Source: a virus (Duplodnaviria; Caudoviricetes). Taken from it: DNA of 64,000 bases. Below are positions 32,097 through 45,000 of this stretch, piece after piece. The translations under genes were made by a program, and so were the position numbers. The first letter of the stretch is position 1. The number at the start of each line of letters is the position of its first letter. The notes beneath the pieces are model-generated. The model was not told where the DNA came from. It was given only the letters and a program-made list of their open reading frames with translations, and did no database searches. The stretch covers positions 51,676 to 115,675 of IMG/VR virus record IMGVR_UViG_3300021400_000552; one strand, given 5' to 3'.

Positions 32097-33209
32097 TCAC
32101 AGAAATGACTCCAAATCTTCACTCATTAATCTCTTCTGTTCTAGAAAATCCGCAAAATGTTTACAATGTTTACTATGACCGCATAGCGCAGAACAAAAGA
32201 AATAGTCATCAACTTCTCGTCCATTCTTTGTAAATTTGGTAAATGACCGTGGTTCCCATTGATCTACGTCATCATTGCTACGTTGATTAAACTGCGTTAT
32301 CATATTTTCAATCCATTCCTTACACTCCTCTCTAGTCTTATCATTGAGCGGATACTCAACAATGCAAGGTGTGATTAAATAATTCTCTCTGACTGAAGCC
32401 GGAAGACCATCCAGCGAATTTGTCGTAAGAGCCATATCAACAAGCATTTCAATTTCGATATCATCATAATCATTCTCTATCAGATCCTGTCTAATATATG
32501 GTTCAAGCTCCTGAACTAATTTGCGACGATTAATATTTTTTACAATTTTAGTTTTGCATTTTGAATTAATTCGCGCCTTCCCCATAAAGATTACGGTTAC
32601 ATATTTTAAGAAATACCAAGCGATTTTCTTTACTCGTTTGCCGTTTTGTTCAGCAGCTAATGCATATATTAGTAATTGTTTAGCATGTTCATCCAAATCG
32701 TTCCCGCTATACATGCTACTAGTTTTCCAGTCATATATAGAAATTTGATCTTTATCTACTTGATCGTGCTCAATTAAATCTATGTAACCTTGAATAAACG
32801 TATCTTCATTAATTTTATATAAGAAAAATTCCTCCGTATTAAATGTCCCCTTTGGTGGGATGAAATTTTTTGCAAAATGCCTCATATCCGCCATCCAATT
32901 ATCTTGAATAGTGTTATTACCTTTGCGATCTTTGGGGAAAGATAACCCAAGTAGTTCTGCCTGTTCAAAGCTATCATCGACAATGTCTGGTAAACTTCTT
33001 ACATGCATCTTGCCCTGCATAATAGCTTCTAATGCATCATGTATATTGCCACCAAGAACACCATATATATTATTTTCACCGCGGCAATGCTTTACATATG
33101 TTAAATAAGCGGCATATGGACAATTTTCCATAGTAGATAATTTGGAAAACGAATATACGTTTTTACCGTCCTTGAACAATTGCTGCAAGGTTTCATTTTC
33201 TGCTCTCAC
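32097..33209 (-). CDS. PD-(D/E)XK nuclease (RecB/Cas4-like)
   Basis: YSFSKL..CP, G..IH, GYIDLI, DWKT, QL.IY and C-terminal cysteines. Confidence 0.8.
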   Translation of the reverse strand: MRAENETLQQLFKDGKNVYSFSKLSTMENCPYAAYLTYVKHCRGENNIYGVLGGNIHDALEAIMQGKMHVRSLPDIVDDSFEQAELLGLSFPKDRKGNNTIQDNWMADMRHFAKNFIPPKGTFNTEEFFLYKINEDTFIQGYIDLIEHDQVDKDQISIYDWKTSSMYSGNDLDEHAKQLLIYALAAEQNGKRVKKIAWYFLKYVTVIFMGKARINSKCKTKIVKNINRRKLVQELEPYIRQDLIENDYDDIEIEMLVDMALTTNSLDGLPASVRENYLITPCIVEYPLNDKTREECKEWIENMITQFNQRSNDDVDQWEPRSFTKFTKNGREVDDYFFCSALCGHSKHCKHFADFLEQKRLMSEDLESFL

Positions 33210-33211
33210 AC

Positions 33212-34264
33212 CTATTGTTCATCACCTCCAAGCCATATAACTTTATTTTGTAATAACTTTTGAAATGTTTCTTTACCAAGATCCGTCGGGGAGCACTTGC
33301 TCCCCTTCGGCATCAACTCATGTTCTCTGTCGAAAATGTATCCGACATTTAAATGATATATATGATTTCGCATTTGCAGCTTATTTGCTGCATCGCGAAG
33401 TATTGATTCGTCAAGCCCTTCGTCAAAAGCTACGATTATTCTGTTAATGCTGGCGCAATTACTTTTTAATATTTTCGCTTGCACATCCGACACTGTATTT
33501 GTACATGTCGCTAATCCGAAATTAAACCCCATTGAATCCATTTGCATCACAGATTTTTCACTCTCTACAAGAACGCATCCAGCTCCTTGCTCTATAGATC
33601 GGATATTATTAGCATATCCGAATAATGTTAGACTACGCGGACATGGAATGATTGGCAACCAACGTTCGCTATAGTCACATACAGAACTATTCATGCGGCC
33701 CATTAATCCTATTAGATTTCCATAAATATCTCGTTGCGGGATAATAATTCTTCCAGAATCCGCGTCATAACCAAGCTCATATTTGACTTGAGATGCGAAA
33801 TCAATACCGTCCTTATAAAACAACATATTGGTTCTGATTCCGCCATATTCTGCTAACGTATTTTCTGGTAAGATGCTTAAATTTGCTTCAGGTGATTCTT
33901 TATCTTTAAGAATGTCACGCCAAAACCCATCAAATGGAAGTTTAATTGTGCAATCTTGGTAGCCATTGTCTTTAAGATTTAATTTACGCCCAATCCACTC
34001 CAGTGCGTAACGAAAGCCTAACTTCCTACGATCCATAACTAACGATACGATGGATCCTTTTGCACCGGTTGAAAAACATTTATAAAACAATGTTTTTGTG
34101 TTTATACACACGGATGTCGGGTTGTGCCCATCTTTCCTTGAACAGCGAATTTCATTTCGCCGCTCATTATATGCAATATTGCACATCCCAAGCTCTTCGA
34201 GGATTGTAACGATGTCGTCGACATTGTTGCGTAGATGTTCGTTTATTTTAATAACGCTGTACAC
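33212..34264 (-). CDS. DNA primase (Zn finger plus TOPRIM)
   Basis: C..H.PTS..CF Zn motif, IIIP..D..G..GR, VESEKS and AFD. Confidence 0.8.
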   Translation of the reverse strand: MYSVIKINEHLRNNVDDIVTILEELGMCNIAYNERRNEIRCSRKDGHNPTSVCINTKTLFYKCFSTGAKGSIVSLVMDRRKLGFRYALEWIGRKLNLKDNGYQDCTIKLPFDGFWRDILKDKESPEANLSILPENTLAEYGGIRTNMLFYKDGIDFASQVKYELGYDADSGRIIIPQRDIYGNLIGLMGRMNSSVCDYSERWLPIIPCPRSLTLFGYANNIRSIEQGAGCVLVESEKSVMQMDSMGFNFGLATCTNTVSDVQAKILKSNCASINRIIVAFDEGLDESILRDAANKLQMRNHIYHLNVGYIFDREHELMPKGSKCSPTDLGKETFQKLLQNKVIWLGGDEQ

Positions 34265-34268
34265 CTAC

Positions 34269-35747
34269 TCACCCCTTTCGAGAATAACCATCGAAATCTA
34301 CGTGTGTATATCCGACTTCTTTCATCGTATTGTAATCCATATTGCGCTCATATATTATTGGCGGTCCAATACTTCCGAATCTGTTTTTGGGCGTGAATAA
34401 GATAACATAATCCTTTTCTGGGTCAAGTGGTATCTCGCGTGTCTTCCTTTCGTAATTGACCCCAACATCCTCGTAGGCGAAAGCTTTGATTTTGTTATTT
34501 TCCAGTTCCGATTTGCTAACTGATCGGAACATTACAACTTGCGTTGCTGTTTCAGCAATGGCACGTGATTTACCAACGCAAGACAGGTCTAAGTATCTCC
34601 TACTCATACTATCCGATGATAGTTGTGCTGTAGCGACGATAGCAACGTCGCATTTTTTGGCCAGCAAAAAAAGTTGTTTTGCTACTTCACTGAATTCTGC
34701 CCAGGCTCTGTCTGTAGATTCAACCGTAGGCTTTAGCGTGTCAAAAATAAACAATGTGTATTTCTGTTTGCTATATTTTTTGATGATCTTTTGTACATTT
34801 CCGATGGAATAGTCACGCGTCTCAACCATACAAATGTTGCCTGGTTGGCTTGCGATCCAATCCTGTCCTTGTTGCATTATGTCTAATTGTTCAGCAGTAT
34901 AACCTCCCTCAATAAACTTTGATCGATTTATAATGCGAGATCCTAATGTGTGACACACCACGGTGGACAGTATCATTTGCCTGAATTCAGAAACGTCTTG
35001 TTCATTAGCGATTATACAGACATTCTCTCCGTTTTGAATTGCCGGTAAAATATAGAATAAGATAGCTGATGTTGTTTTACCGTTACCGATATGAGCCATG
35101 TGAAGAAGCAAATTTTTCTTGTGAACACCCATCAGCCTATCATTTAGAAGATTGAAACCAATTGGGGTTCCTTTCATGAACCCTGTGTCCCATTGTTTTA
35201 TGTATGATGCGTATCCTTGAGACAAATCTTCGGCTTGCATTCTATCGACATTTGATATACAGGTCTCATCAACAAGCCTTTCTACCTCGTCGTATAGTTG
35301 TTCGGAGTTTAGTGATTGATAATATGTCAGGCTATCTATTACGTTGAAACCGTTCTGATGAAGACGAATCAACATGTTAGATTTAATTAATTCATCATAG
35401 TAGCCGTCGATGTTGTCTGTTTGGATGGTGTCTAATATTTCTGCGACCGTATAGTAACCGCCACGTGTTTCGAATTCTTCACGCAACTTTTCACGATCCA
35501 CTAAATAACTTGCTATTGCCATATTGTCTATGACATCAAAACCTAAATCGTGTACACCACACAAGATTTTGAAATATATTTTTCCATCTTCTGACAACAA
35601 ATCGTCATCGTTGATTAGTGGAGCGTAATCTTCGTATAGTAGCGGATCTTTCCATAGTGAGAATACTAGATTGCATTCAATCGCGCCCCTGTTTTTAAGT
35701 AATTGCTTTGGGATTGACGAACCTCTAGCGACTCTCCTTGCAGCCAT
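34269..35747 (-). CDS. DnaB-like replicative helicase
   Basis: Walker A AHIGNGKT, NEQ, FIFDT, TAQL and KNRFG. Confidence 0.85.
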   Translation of the reverse strand: MAARRVARGSSIPKQLLKNRGAIECNLVFSLWKDPLLYEDYAPLINDDDLLSEDGKIYFKILCGVHDLGFDVIDNMAIASYLVDREKLREEFETRGGYYTVAEILDTIQTDNIDGYYDELIKSNMLIRLHQNGFNVIDSLTYYQSLNSEQLYDEVERLVDETCISNVDRMQAEDLSQGYASYIKQWDTGFMKGTPIGFNLLNDRLMGVHKKNLLLHMAHIGNGKTTSAILFYILPAIQNGENVCIIANEQDVSEFRQMILSTVVCHTLGSRIINRSKFIEGGYTAEQLDIMQQGQDWIASQPGNICMVETRDYSIGNVQKIIKKYSKQKYTLFIFDTLKPTVESTDRAWAEFSEVAKQLFLLAKKCDVAIVATAQLSSDSMSRRYLDLSCVGKSRAIAETATQVVMFRSVSKSELENNKIKAFAYEDVGVNYERKTREIPLDPEKDYVILFTPKNRFGSIGPPIIYERNMDYNTMKEVGYTHVDFDGYSRKG

Positions 35748-35750
35748 TTG

Positions 35751-36839
35751 TTATGCCAGTAACTCAATAAGGTTTTCGAGAACTTCGATTGGCATGTCGG
35801 GGTCTTTGATATTAGAACATCCAGTATCTAGAATCATTTTCTTAAATTTCTGTTTAACGTCTTTATCTGCACCCGGCAATTTTTTTGAAATTTGATCAAC
35901 ATAGTTCGATCTTAAATTTTCTTTAGCCGCCTTAGCTTTTTCTTCCTCCTCTTTCTTCTTAGCGACCTCTGCTTTTCTTTTAGCCTCAGCCTCCTCTTCG
36001 GCCTTAAGCTTTTTAAGATCAACATCTCCATCCATTGACCCCCTAACACCTTGTTCAAAGGCGTCAAGGAATTCACGTGGCGAAAGATGAATCTTTTCTG
36101 GGAGGTTAGAAAAACGACTGCCTGCGTCTACTTCTGATGTGCCACGCAGATACACAACTCTATCTTCATTGACAATTTTTCCATTTACAATATCTCTATC
36201 CATGACGCCAACCATCACCATCTGAGCTGCATCTGCAATTTTTGTGTAAATGTTGCCTTGTAAATTGTTGGTAATCTGTTCGTACTTTTCACCAGTTTTG
36301 AGATCAGTTTTTTCTTTATTTTTTGTATGACACAGATAGAAAACGGCCAAACCAGCCATTCTCAATCTATTTTCCTGCTCCCTCATTAAAGAAATCAGCC
36401 TATCAACGCCTCTTGCAAAACCGCCAAAGGCATCATTTAAGCTCTTACATACCGTACCTTTTTCACGCTTATGTTGCTTTAAAACTTCTTCTGTGCAGAC
36501 ATCCACCATTGTATCCAATGTATCGAAACATACACCTTTAATGCCGTACTCGTTATTATTTTCTACAATATCATCTACAATCTGCACAAAACCACGAAGA
36601 TCAGTGTCTTCATCGTATGGGGCGTCCCACTTCTGTGCAACTTCGACTTGGATCCCATCTAATGCATGATAGCCTTCTTCATTACCGAACGAGATCAGCA
36701 ATCCTCTTGTGTCGTCGCCCCATGCTTCTCTAACCAGGTCGCGCCAGAATGTGGTCTTGCCAAACTTTCGTTCTGCAAGGAATATATATGGTGGATAGCT
36801 GCAGAGGTCTGCTTTAACTTTATTAATCTTGAATCCCAT
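35751..36839 (-). CDS. AAA ATPase (Sak4/AAA_24-like recombination protein)
   Basis: KFGKTT, E.G, FDT.D, FLCH-like and AGSR motifs, next to the SSB-like gene. Confidence 0.7.
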   Translation of the reverse strand: MGFKINKVKADLCSYPPYIFLAERKFGKTTFWRDLVREAWGDDTRGLLISFGNEEGYHALDGIQVEVAQKWDAPYDEDTDLRGFVQIVDDIVENNNEYGIKGVCFDTLDTMVDVCTEEVLKQHKREKGTVCKSLNDAFGGFARGVDRLISLMREQENRLRMAGLAVFYLCHTKNKEKTDLKTGEKYEQITNNLQGNIYTKIADAAQMVMVGVMDRDIVNGKIVNEDRVVYLRGTSEVDAGSRFSNLPEKIHLSPREFLDAFEQGVRGSMDGDVDLKKLKAEEEAEAKRKAEVAKKKEEEEKAKAAKENLRSNYVDQISKKLPGADKDVKQKFKKMILDTGCSNIKDPDMPIEVLENLIELLA

Positions 36840-36851
36840 TTATCCTCCTTT

Positions 36852-37916
36852 CTAGCCAAGTAAATCTTCCAGTGTGGTGTCTGATAATTCGTCATCATCA
36901 TCCGATTCGTCAATTACTTCCTCAATTTTGACTGGAGTTTCAGTCGGAGAGTATACCTGCTCCTGCAACTCATCCATAGTGTAGCCGGCGTCGACAGGTC
37001 CATCAGAGAATTCGCCATTAAGCATCTGCTTAAAGAATCGGAATTCATAGATGTTCTCACCAATTGCACTTGCAAAATCTTCTGGCTTCGCAATACCACA
37101 CTCGATCTGTTGTTTCTGACGATCTGTAAGCATATCTGGGTCGAAATCCTGTGTTTCTACGCCGCGAATTACCTTGCAATCCCATGGCAGATGAATGATA
37201 TCCTTATCTTTAATATCAATATCCATCAAAAGCATCTTTGCGTACTTCTGATGTTGTTCACTATCATCGAATTTACTTACATCCAAGACAACTCTCTGTG
37301 GAACGAATTTCTCACCTTCATCTTTGTTGATGTACTGTTTAATATATCCATCTACAATGATACGCTTCTTGTCTTTAAATTCGGATTTGTCAATACATTC
37401 CTTGTTATAATACAGATCAAGCTTCAAATGCAGAGAATTCCGCTCTGCGGTGGATGCACGAACAGTTTCAACCTCAAATTTGTCAAACATCTCACCCTTC
37501 CAAAATGACCTACTATATCTGCCGCTGCAGAAAATTTTACCGCTATATGTAGTGAGTTTTTCCTCTAAATATTCAATAAAATCATACTTTGATAGAAAAT
37601 GTTTTTCTCCTTCATCAAATTCCGCAGTAAATAATCTGTAATTTGGAATATCGGAAATAATATCGCTATCAAATCGACTGTCCCATGGAACCTCGATCTG
37701 ATTTCCATCTTTATCATATGACATAATTGTGTCATACTTGACACCAAAACCCTCAACCCACATTGAGTTGTTGCGGCTTTCTTTTACGCCAAACCTAATT
37801 GACGCCATATCCGTGTCTTTGTTCGCACCTCCTTTCCACTTTCTGACAAATGAATCATTGCTCTTTTTTGAGATAATCGGTTCACCAACAAAACTAAATC
37901 TTGCTATGTACGCCAA
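36852..37916 (-). CDS. Putative single-stranded DNA-binding protein
   Basis: Position in the replication module and a highly acidic C-terminal tail. Confidence 0.45.
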   Translation of the reverse strand: MAYIARFSFVGEPIISKKSNDSFVRKWKGGANKDTDMASIRFGVKESRNNSMWVEGFGVKYDTIMSYDKDGNQIEVPWDSRFDSDIISDIPNYRLFTAEFDEGEKHFLSKYDFIEYLEEKLTTYSGKIFCSGRYSRSFWKGEMFDKFEVETVRASTAERNSLHLKLDLYYNKECIDKSEFKDKKRIIVDGYIKQYINKDEGEKFVPQRVVLDVSKFDDSEQHQKYAKMLLMDIDIKDKDIIHLPWDCKVIRGVETQDFDPDMLTDRQKQQIECGIAKPEDFASAIGENIYEFRFFKQMLNGEFSDGPVDAGYTMDELQEQVYSPTETPVKIEEVIDESDDDDELSDTTLEDLLG

Positions 37917-38562
37917 AACACTATTCTCCCTTCTAATAATTATTCTAAAACTTCTATGTAGTCGCTAATATGAATAGTGAAACCTTGCTCAAACTCATTG
38001 TTTCTTTGTAGATAATTTTCATCATTGTTATTTGGATCGTCATCCCATGGAACGCTCCACTGACATTTTTTGCCATTTTCGAAAATTACATCTACCCATG
38101 AAATATCACGAGCTCGGCACAATCTATTAAAAATATCTGGACTACGATAGATTTCCTTATCAAAAAAAATATGTGTGCTATACGGGATATGATCAAACAC
38201 ATCAGCCATTGGCCATTTCGTACGTTCAACGCCCATTGCCTCAATATACTTCCTTGGAACAACAATCTGTTCCAAATTTTCAAATGTAATAACGATATGT
38301 TTAATCTTTGTTAAGTTGAAATAATCCATTACAAATCCCCTATGTTTGTTACATCAATATCTTTTATTCTTTTTGTTATGTAACATTACAGATGCCGCAT
38401 ACTGTGCTTCCATATTTCCAGAAGCTGCCTTCGCTAGTAAAATATCCCCAATAGACGCTGTAGAACGCCTATATGGACGCTGTGATTGTTTTAACTTTGA
38501 CTTACTAGATTTCAATTTACCACCTCACTTGTTATATTTTATATTTAATGTATTTAAAAAAA

Positions 38563-39480
38563 TTAACTATTCCATAATTCTATAAAGCGATAAAATTGCT
38601 CTCTTTTTGTTTTTGTTAATCTATCCCCATTGAAACAATATTCCAGTATGTGTGCACGATCACTATTTGCCGAATGATGCTGGTAGAAATCATATAATTT
38701 ACCCATATAATATATGTCTTTCAGTTTGAGCCGCAATCCACGCATATTATAAATCACCATCATGTTCTGTCGGCGTATTTCTCCTGGTGCATTTCTCCCA
38801 TTATCAATCAAATATTGATTTAACGGCAAAACCTCTTGCATATTTGCATGTTGATAACAATAATTACGACATGTTGCAACCTTTGCAATTAAATCTGAAA
38901 ATTCGTCATATACGATCACAATCCTATCGTTTGTGATAATTGCAATATTTTGTTCCGTTATTTTTACATTATCGACAGTTAAGGAAATTGCTTCATTTGG
39001 GGAAAACCCTTGATATATCAACATAGCATACGCTGTTGCAATTTCATCGATTGATAGTTCATCCGAATATTCTACGCGCTTGGTAAGTCTAGACCGTAAT
39101 TTGATTGTAAATTCTTGTGGGGTATAAAAAATTTCGATATTACTGCACTGCAAAAAAATCTTTTTAAGATCTACATTTTCTTCAACATATGCTTTAGCAT
39201 AAGGCTGCAATAGGCCCTGGTTTAACGCCCATCTTTTATAATCTTTAATGTCATAATATCTTGTGCGAAAAGTCATAAATGACGATATGTTGCTTTTCTT
39301 TATTACTTCTGGTAGTAAAATATCAAAAGGAATATCGTAAATGTCTGTATCATGTTTGCTTTCGCATTCGAAAAGAATGTCAAAAATTCTTTGTGCATTC
39401 CTTCTTTTCGCATCGCTCTCCAACGATTTACAATAGCTCAGTTTGACATCTTGGTTATATATTTTTGCATTACTCGCCAT
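38563..39480 (-). CDS. Divergent integrase-fold protein, probably non-catalytic
   Basis: LIYQGF..EAISL...V resembles tyrosine recombinase box I but lacks the R and HxxR residues. Confidence 0.45.
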   Translation of the reverse strand: MASNAKIYNQDVKLSYCKSLESDAKRRNAQRIFDILFECESKHDTDIYDIPFDILLPEVIKKSNISSFMTFRTRYYDIKDYKRWALNQGLLQPYAKAYVEENVDLKKIFLQCSNIEIFYTPQEFTIKLRSRLTKRVEYSDELSIDEIATAYAMLIYQGFSPNEAISLTVDNVKITEQNIAIITNDRIVIVYDEFSDLIAKVATCRNYCYQHANMQEVLPLNQYLIDNGRNAPGEIRRQNMMVIYNMRGLRLKLKDIYYMGKLYDFYQHHSANSDRAHILEYCFNGDRLTKTKREQFYRFIELWNS

Positions 39481-39553
39481 CAATACACCTCGTGCGTAAC
39501 TTCGATTTAATCGCATTTTATATGTATCGATGGCCGCTTGTCAATGGCAAATC

Positions 39554-39964
39554 TTAAGTAACGTAAGTACGTATACTTTTTAATTGTTCCATAGATAAAT
39601 ATTGAATCAGTGGGATGCTGATCATGCTTGCGATGGATATTTGCTCCATGTATTCTTTCGGTAAATGCCCCATATAGCAACGTATGCTATCTTTATCGAT
39701 GGTGCAGACTGATTCACATTGCACAACGCTATCTTTAGTAAGCCCGGCTACTCCAGCCGGTATTTTAACATGTGTTGGAAGGCTAGATTTTTTACATCTG
39801 CTTGTTAACGGAAAAACTTGTACCGTTGGGCTATGATAGTTCCCAATATTATTTTGCACTATCACGGCCGGTCTAATCCCTCTTTGAACATGACCCTTGC
39901 CATTTAATTCAACCCATACCAAATCTCCTAACTTAACACTGTTCTTATTCACCTTGACCACCAT
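39554..39964 (-). CDS. MazF/PemK family endoribonuclease
   Basis: GDLVWV..G.VQ.G.RPAVIVQN..GN..SPT..PLTS..LPTHV. Confidence 0.85.
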   Translation of the reverse strand: MVVKVNKNSVKLGDLVWVELNGKGHVQRGIRPAVIVQNNIGNYHSPTVQVFPLTSRCKKSSLPTHVKIPAGVAGLTKDSVVQCESVCTIDKDSIRCYMGHLPKEYMEQISIASMISIPLIQYLSMEQLKSIRTYVT

Positions 39965-42075
39965 ATACCCTTATATAGTTATATTTTATTTTCATATGTA
40001 TTATACTATATAAATAGCGGTTTATTGTCCCCTTTTATAGAAAATTATATCTTTTTTGCATTAAAAGTATAAATGTTATTTTGGTGATCTGTAATGGTGA
40101 TTAGGTCTCGATTAAATGGCAGTTCTTCTATACTGAAATTTAATAATGAATCAAGGACACACACACTGTCGCCACTATTAGACGTTAATATAAGATGACC
40201 GTAACGATCAAGTTCAACATATGTGTATGTGTTCGTAAACTGCATTGTGATATGATCATTGATATAATATTCCTGATGATAGGTTAGTGACTGATATTTC
40301 TTTAGAACGTCATATAGTTTTTCCATTATCGCGTCTCCGATATTGTGCTGCTGATGAAAAAATTATATTACGAACGTGTGTTCTCGTCAAGATTTGTGGC
40401 CTGCAGTTGCTAATAGGCGGTAAGTATCTGCCCTATTTTCTTGTTTTTCCAAGTATTTAATTCTTTTCGAGTACGGAACATATTTGGCATATCGTTAAAA
40501 TCATATACACCGAAATCCCTAAGTATAGCTATTGTCATATGTATATCTGTCTGCTCCGGCGGTAAATTTAAGATGTCTTCTGGCTGACAAGAAATATCTG
40601 TAACACAGTGAGAGCGCCCAAGTTTAACAACCCCCTTATGTTTCTCTCGGCATTCTGAAGAACAGAATATTTGCCTTTTTGAATACGGCTCAAATGTCGT
40701 ACCGCAAATCGGACATTTATTCATTGCGATCAACCCCCTCATCATATCGTTTGAGTATTTCATTTGTTACCATAATATGCGTATGTCCATTTAACATATA
40801 ATTTTCGTGAATATAATCATGTGCAATCGTATACAACTGCTTTTTACTCATTTTCGATTTGTACTTTTTCAAATAATCTTCAAGCCCCATCTTCCTGACT
40901 TCAGATGCGACGATTTTGTGTGAATTATTGCCCATATATCACCTCTATTTAATATTTGATAATATCTTAATGTACATTTCTGCAGCCTTTGTATCACCAA
41001 CGAGCATTGCCTGTCTCACCTTTTCCTGATAAAACTCTTTGTCTCTTTTCTTTTTTCTACTTTGTACAACAAAAAGTGTACCCCAAATACCACCAATTAC
41101 AAAAAACTGAACAATACTCGCACTAATCATTATCACTCACCCCTTCTTATATTCGTCTTTTACAAATCTCTTCACTTCGCCTAAAAAATTATACTTATCA
41201 GACACTAAATACTTGAACGCAGTTTCATCCTCCATCATCTTTTGAGCAATGGCAATATAACTTAACTCCCAAATATTACATTCTGCCATACCAGGAAAAC
41301 AATTCCGAATTTCTTCAATGACCTTATCCTGATCATAAGTATCAATTAACCGCGATTTATTTCCGTCATATTTGTTTATTTGTAGTGGCACATTATAATT
41401 GCCGCGATGGTATTCTTCATTTTTTAATTCTTGAGCATTTGATTCAATGCCACTTGCCACCACACTTCCAAATATCATTCCTATTCCTGCTAAAAATCTA
41501 AGCGGCGTCGACGGATCTCTACCTTCGCTCACTTTATTCACCCCCATTCAAATCACTTATTTATTTCACTTAGAATTATTATAACTCTTCTTTTGCTCAC
41601 AATGAGCGACCGCTTCTGTAATTTCCAATTAAAATACCACTATTAATTTCACTTTTATCATTTACAATCTCTACTCCCGCCTCTACCATACGCCGTTTGT
41701 ATTCCGGGTACGACCAGATATCATCGTAACGAGTCAACCAATAATCAAATAACTCCGACTCCGTACAGGCTATTATTTTGTTATTAACAACTATCATTTT
41801 CCCCAACTATCCTCAAAATCATCTAACATTTTTTGCGCAACTATTCTATCAGACTCATGAGCTTCTTCGTATTTTGCAACAACTCGTAATGCTTTTATCA
41901 ATACAGACATTTCTAAATTGGTTAGTGACAATTCCCACGATTTAATAACATAATCGTTGAAATCTTCGTTCCACATCTCTTTTCTTACCAGATGCATTCT
42001 ATTTCCTTTCCCCATAACTACAAAAATCTTCATCTTGCCACGCTCAATACTTGGATTTCGTTTGCAACCTTTCGT

Positions 42076-45000
42076 TCATGCTTTACCATCATCTATGCGC
42101 CCAACGTGGCAATATCCATCTGGCCTGGTTTCCCAATGGTAATAGTCACAAATATATCCTTGATCGCATGGAATCTGATTACCGGTATCATAGTAATACA
42201 TACAATCTTTACATCGGACCACAGATTCTGTGTCTTCTACTTGCTTTAGGGATTCGATTGCCATGTTGAGTGCTTTCCTGTAGGTTCCCGATAGACTATC
42301 ATGGTGAAGCCTCATGTCATCCCGTATCATTTTGATTGCTTCTTCATTCGTCATGCTTCACCATCCTCTCTGCGCTCTCCGTAGGAACAAAAGTCAGCCG
42401 CACTCGGTCTGATTCCATCGTCCGCAAATTCCATGCACCGTCCATCTGCTATCATGTGTTTGCACTCTCCGCATCTGACTATCTCGCTACGAATAATATC
42501 CGCCCGTGTTTCCGCATCTGCGTTTGCAAAGTCTTCGTCGCTTATTTGTACAATAAATGTTCTCATGCTTCGCCTTCCTCTCTGCGCAATCCATCAGCGC
42601 AATAGTATGTGTCCTCCATGTAACCACGGTGTATCGAACACCACAGCCGTCCTGTGTATTCGTCTCTCTCCCTTGTCCGTATGCAGTCCTTGCATCTAAC
42701 AACCGGGACGCAGGATTCCAGAACCATCCGCAGTTCATCACAGGCTGACCATCCGAGATACACATCGTTTTCACCTTTGAGGATGGCGAGATACCGTTGT
42801 TGCCTGTCACGCACTATTTCTTCCCATGTTTTCATTGTCACCACCTCTACTTGAAATCTTTGTACTTGATTTTCACAATGATTCGCTTTCCCCTACGGTC
42901 TCTCAGTTCCACCTTCGGTCTGCCTACCACACCTTCCATATCTGCTGTCCCGATAGTTGACTTCGGATGACCTTTGATATATTCAACGCCGTCGTCAAGT
43001 GTCCCCTCCAAGACGATTGGGACAACATCTACTCCGAACGTCTTGGCTATATCCTCTACAGAATCTCTTCTTAAGTACATGTCGTCTCTTGGGGCGTATA
43101 CGTCGAAAAGGATGAAGTCTACTCCGTTGGGGATGTATGATCCACCCTTCTGGATCTTCGCCCCGTATCCCTCACCGAACAGCACTACTTCCATGTCGCC
43201 AAATTTCTGCTCGAACAATTGCTCGTTCTCATCGCCACCGAACAGATCGTTCAGCCTGTCCAGAAGAAATGTCGGAATCTGCGCCTTCGCTGTCCTTCCT
43301 TGAATGTGGATCTTGTGTCCGTCCCAATAGATCCCGATGTTGGTTCCATCGATCTTCTCTGTAAACTGCCACTTGATGTCTTTTAAGGACTCCACCGTTG
43401 CGTCCCGGAACACCCCCGGCATTAACTTCTTCGACCCCTCAAGATCTCTCTGATATAATGTCTCTATCTTGTGATACTCATACATTCTTCTTCCCTCTCA
43501 TCCTCTCGCTTTAATCTCCGTTTTGCGATTCGTCTATTCTGCTTCTTCGCTTTGCTCCACCCGTGATGGTTGTTCGCCCAACAAGCGAACCGTCTTGCGA
43601 ATCTGTCTTCTTCCGTGAGCCGTTTGAGTCTGCTTCTGCTCATGCTTCACCATCCACTTCGAAAGATTCGCCATTGACCCTGTTCATTAAGTCCAATCCC
43701 CCAATGATATAGGCGAGTTGTGCAGTATGTTCCATAGCGTCCATACGCTCTATTTCGTCATCACTCATTAGGGCGTCCCTCAGATTGATCAGACGAATCA
43801 ACGCTTCGCCCTGTTGCCTTGCAGTAATTATCTTCATCACTCACCATCCTCTCTAACCATCCTCGCTCCGCACCGAGAACAGTATTTCTGACATTTCTCA
43901 AATCGCCCTGCTCCGCATTGGTCACATTCGTAATGCCATTTAGTTACGTTTGGCGTTTCTTGGTCTATCACCTTTACCCACTTCCCAGTTTTCGGCTTTG
44001 CTATCTTGTCGACTATCTCATTGACTATCTCATTGACTTTCTCATTGACCAAATCTTCCATATCGTCTCGGTCTATTCTGATTTGTGCAATGCACTTGGT
44101 CTTCGGCTCTGCTGATGGGACTTCTTCGATAACCCTGTTTTTCTTTTCCTTTTTTGCTTTTTCTCGCTCCCACGCTTTCAATGCTTCACACCGCCTTGCC
44201 GACACGCACATATCGTAACAATCATAACTTGGTTCGATTCCTACGTTTGTACACCCAATCATTCCTCACCTCTCATTATCGCTCCACACGCCGGGCAATA
44301 TGGCGATTTCCACTCGTTGCCCCACTGCGTTTTCGGTGGTCGCTCTCCGCACACACTGCACTCAAACCAGTATTCGACGTCGTCTTCTTTGCGTATCCAC
44401 TTTCCCGCCTTTGGCTCTGAATTTTCCAGTGCTTCGATAGCCAGGATCTTCGCATCCGCAAGTTCACTGTCATATGCAAGTGTTCTTCGGAGAACTTCGA
44501 TTGCTTCTGTTCTTGTCACTTTTGCTTCCCCCCGTTATAGCTGCCGCAGTTGGGGCAGTAATCGCTCAAGTCTTCTCGGTTTCCAAACGGCGGTTCCATA
44601 TTTGCAAAATTGCCACATTCCGAGCAACAATGATGACCATGAAATTCTGGTGGCATCATGCCTGTCGCCTTTACCCACTCCCCTGTCTTCTGCTCTGACA
44701 ATGCTTCGATTGCCATGTCAATAGCAGGTTCATCATCATCTTCAGAAAATGCACGAAGATTATTAAGTAGTGCTATCGCCGTTTCCCTTTTCATTCTGCC
44801 TTACCTTTCATATCATCCGCCTCGCTTTATTAAAAAAACCATGCTTCTGGATACATACTGGATATACCCCATTCTTCATCAATATCATACACACGATAAT
44901 TTTTCTTTGCCTTTTTATATGCTTGAACATTGTTGTAAATGAAGTGATAATAAGCGTATGCTGTTTTTTCTTTCGGGAGTTCAATATTAAGCACTTCGGC

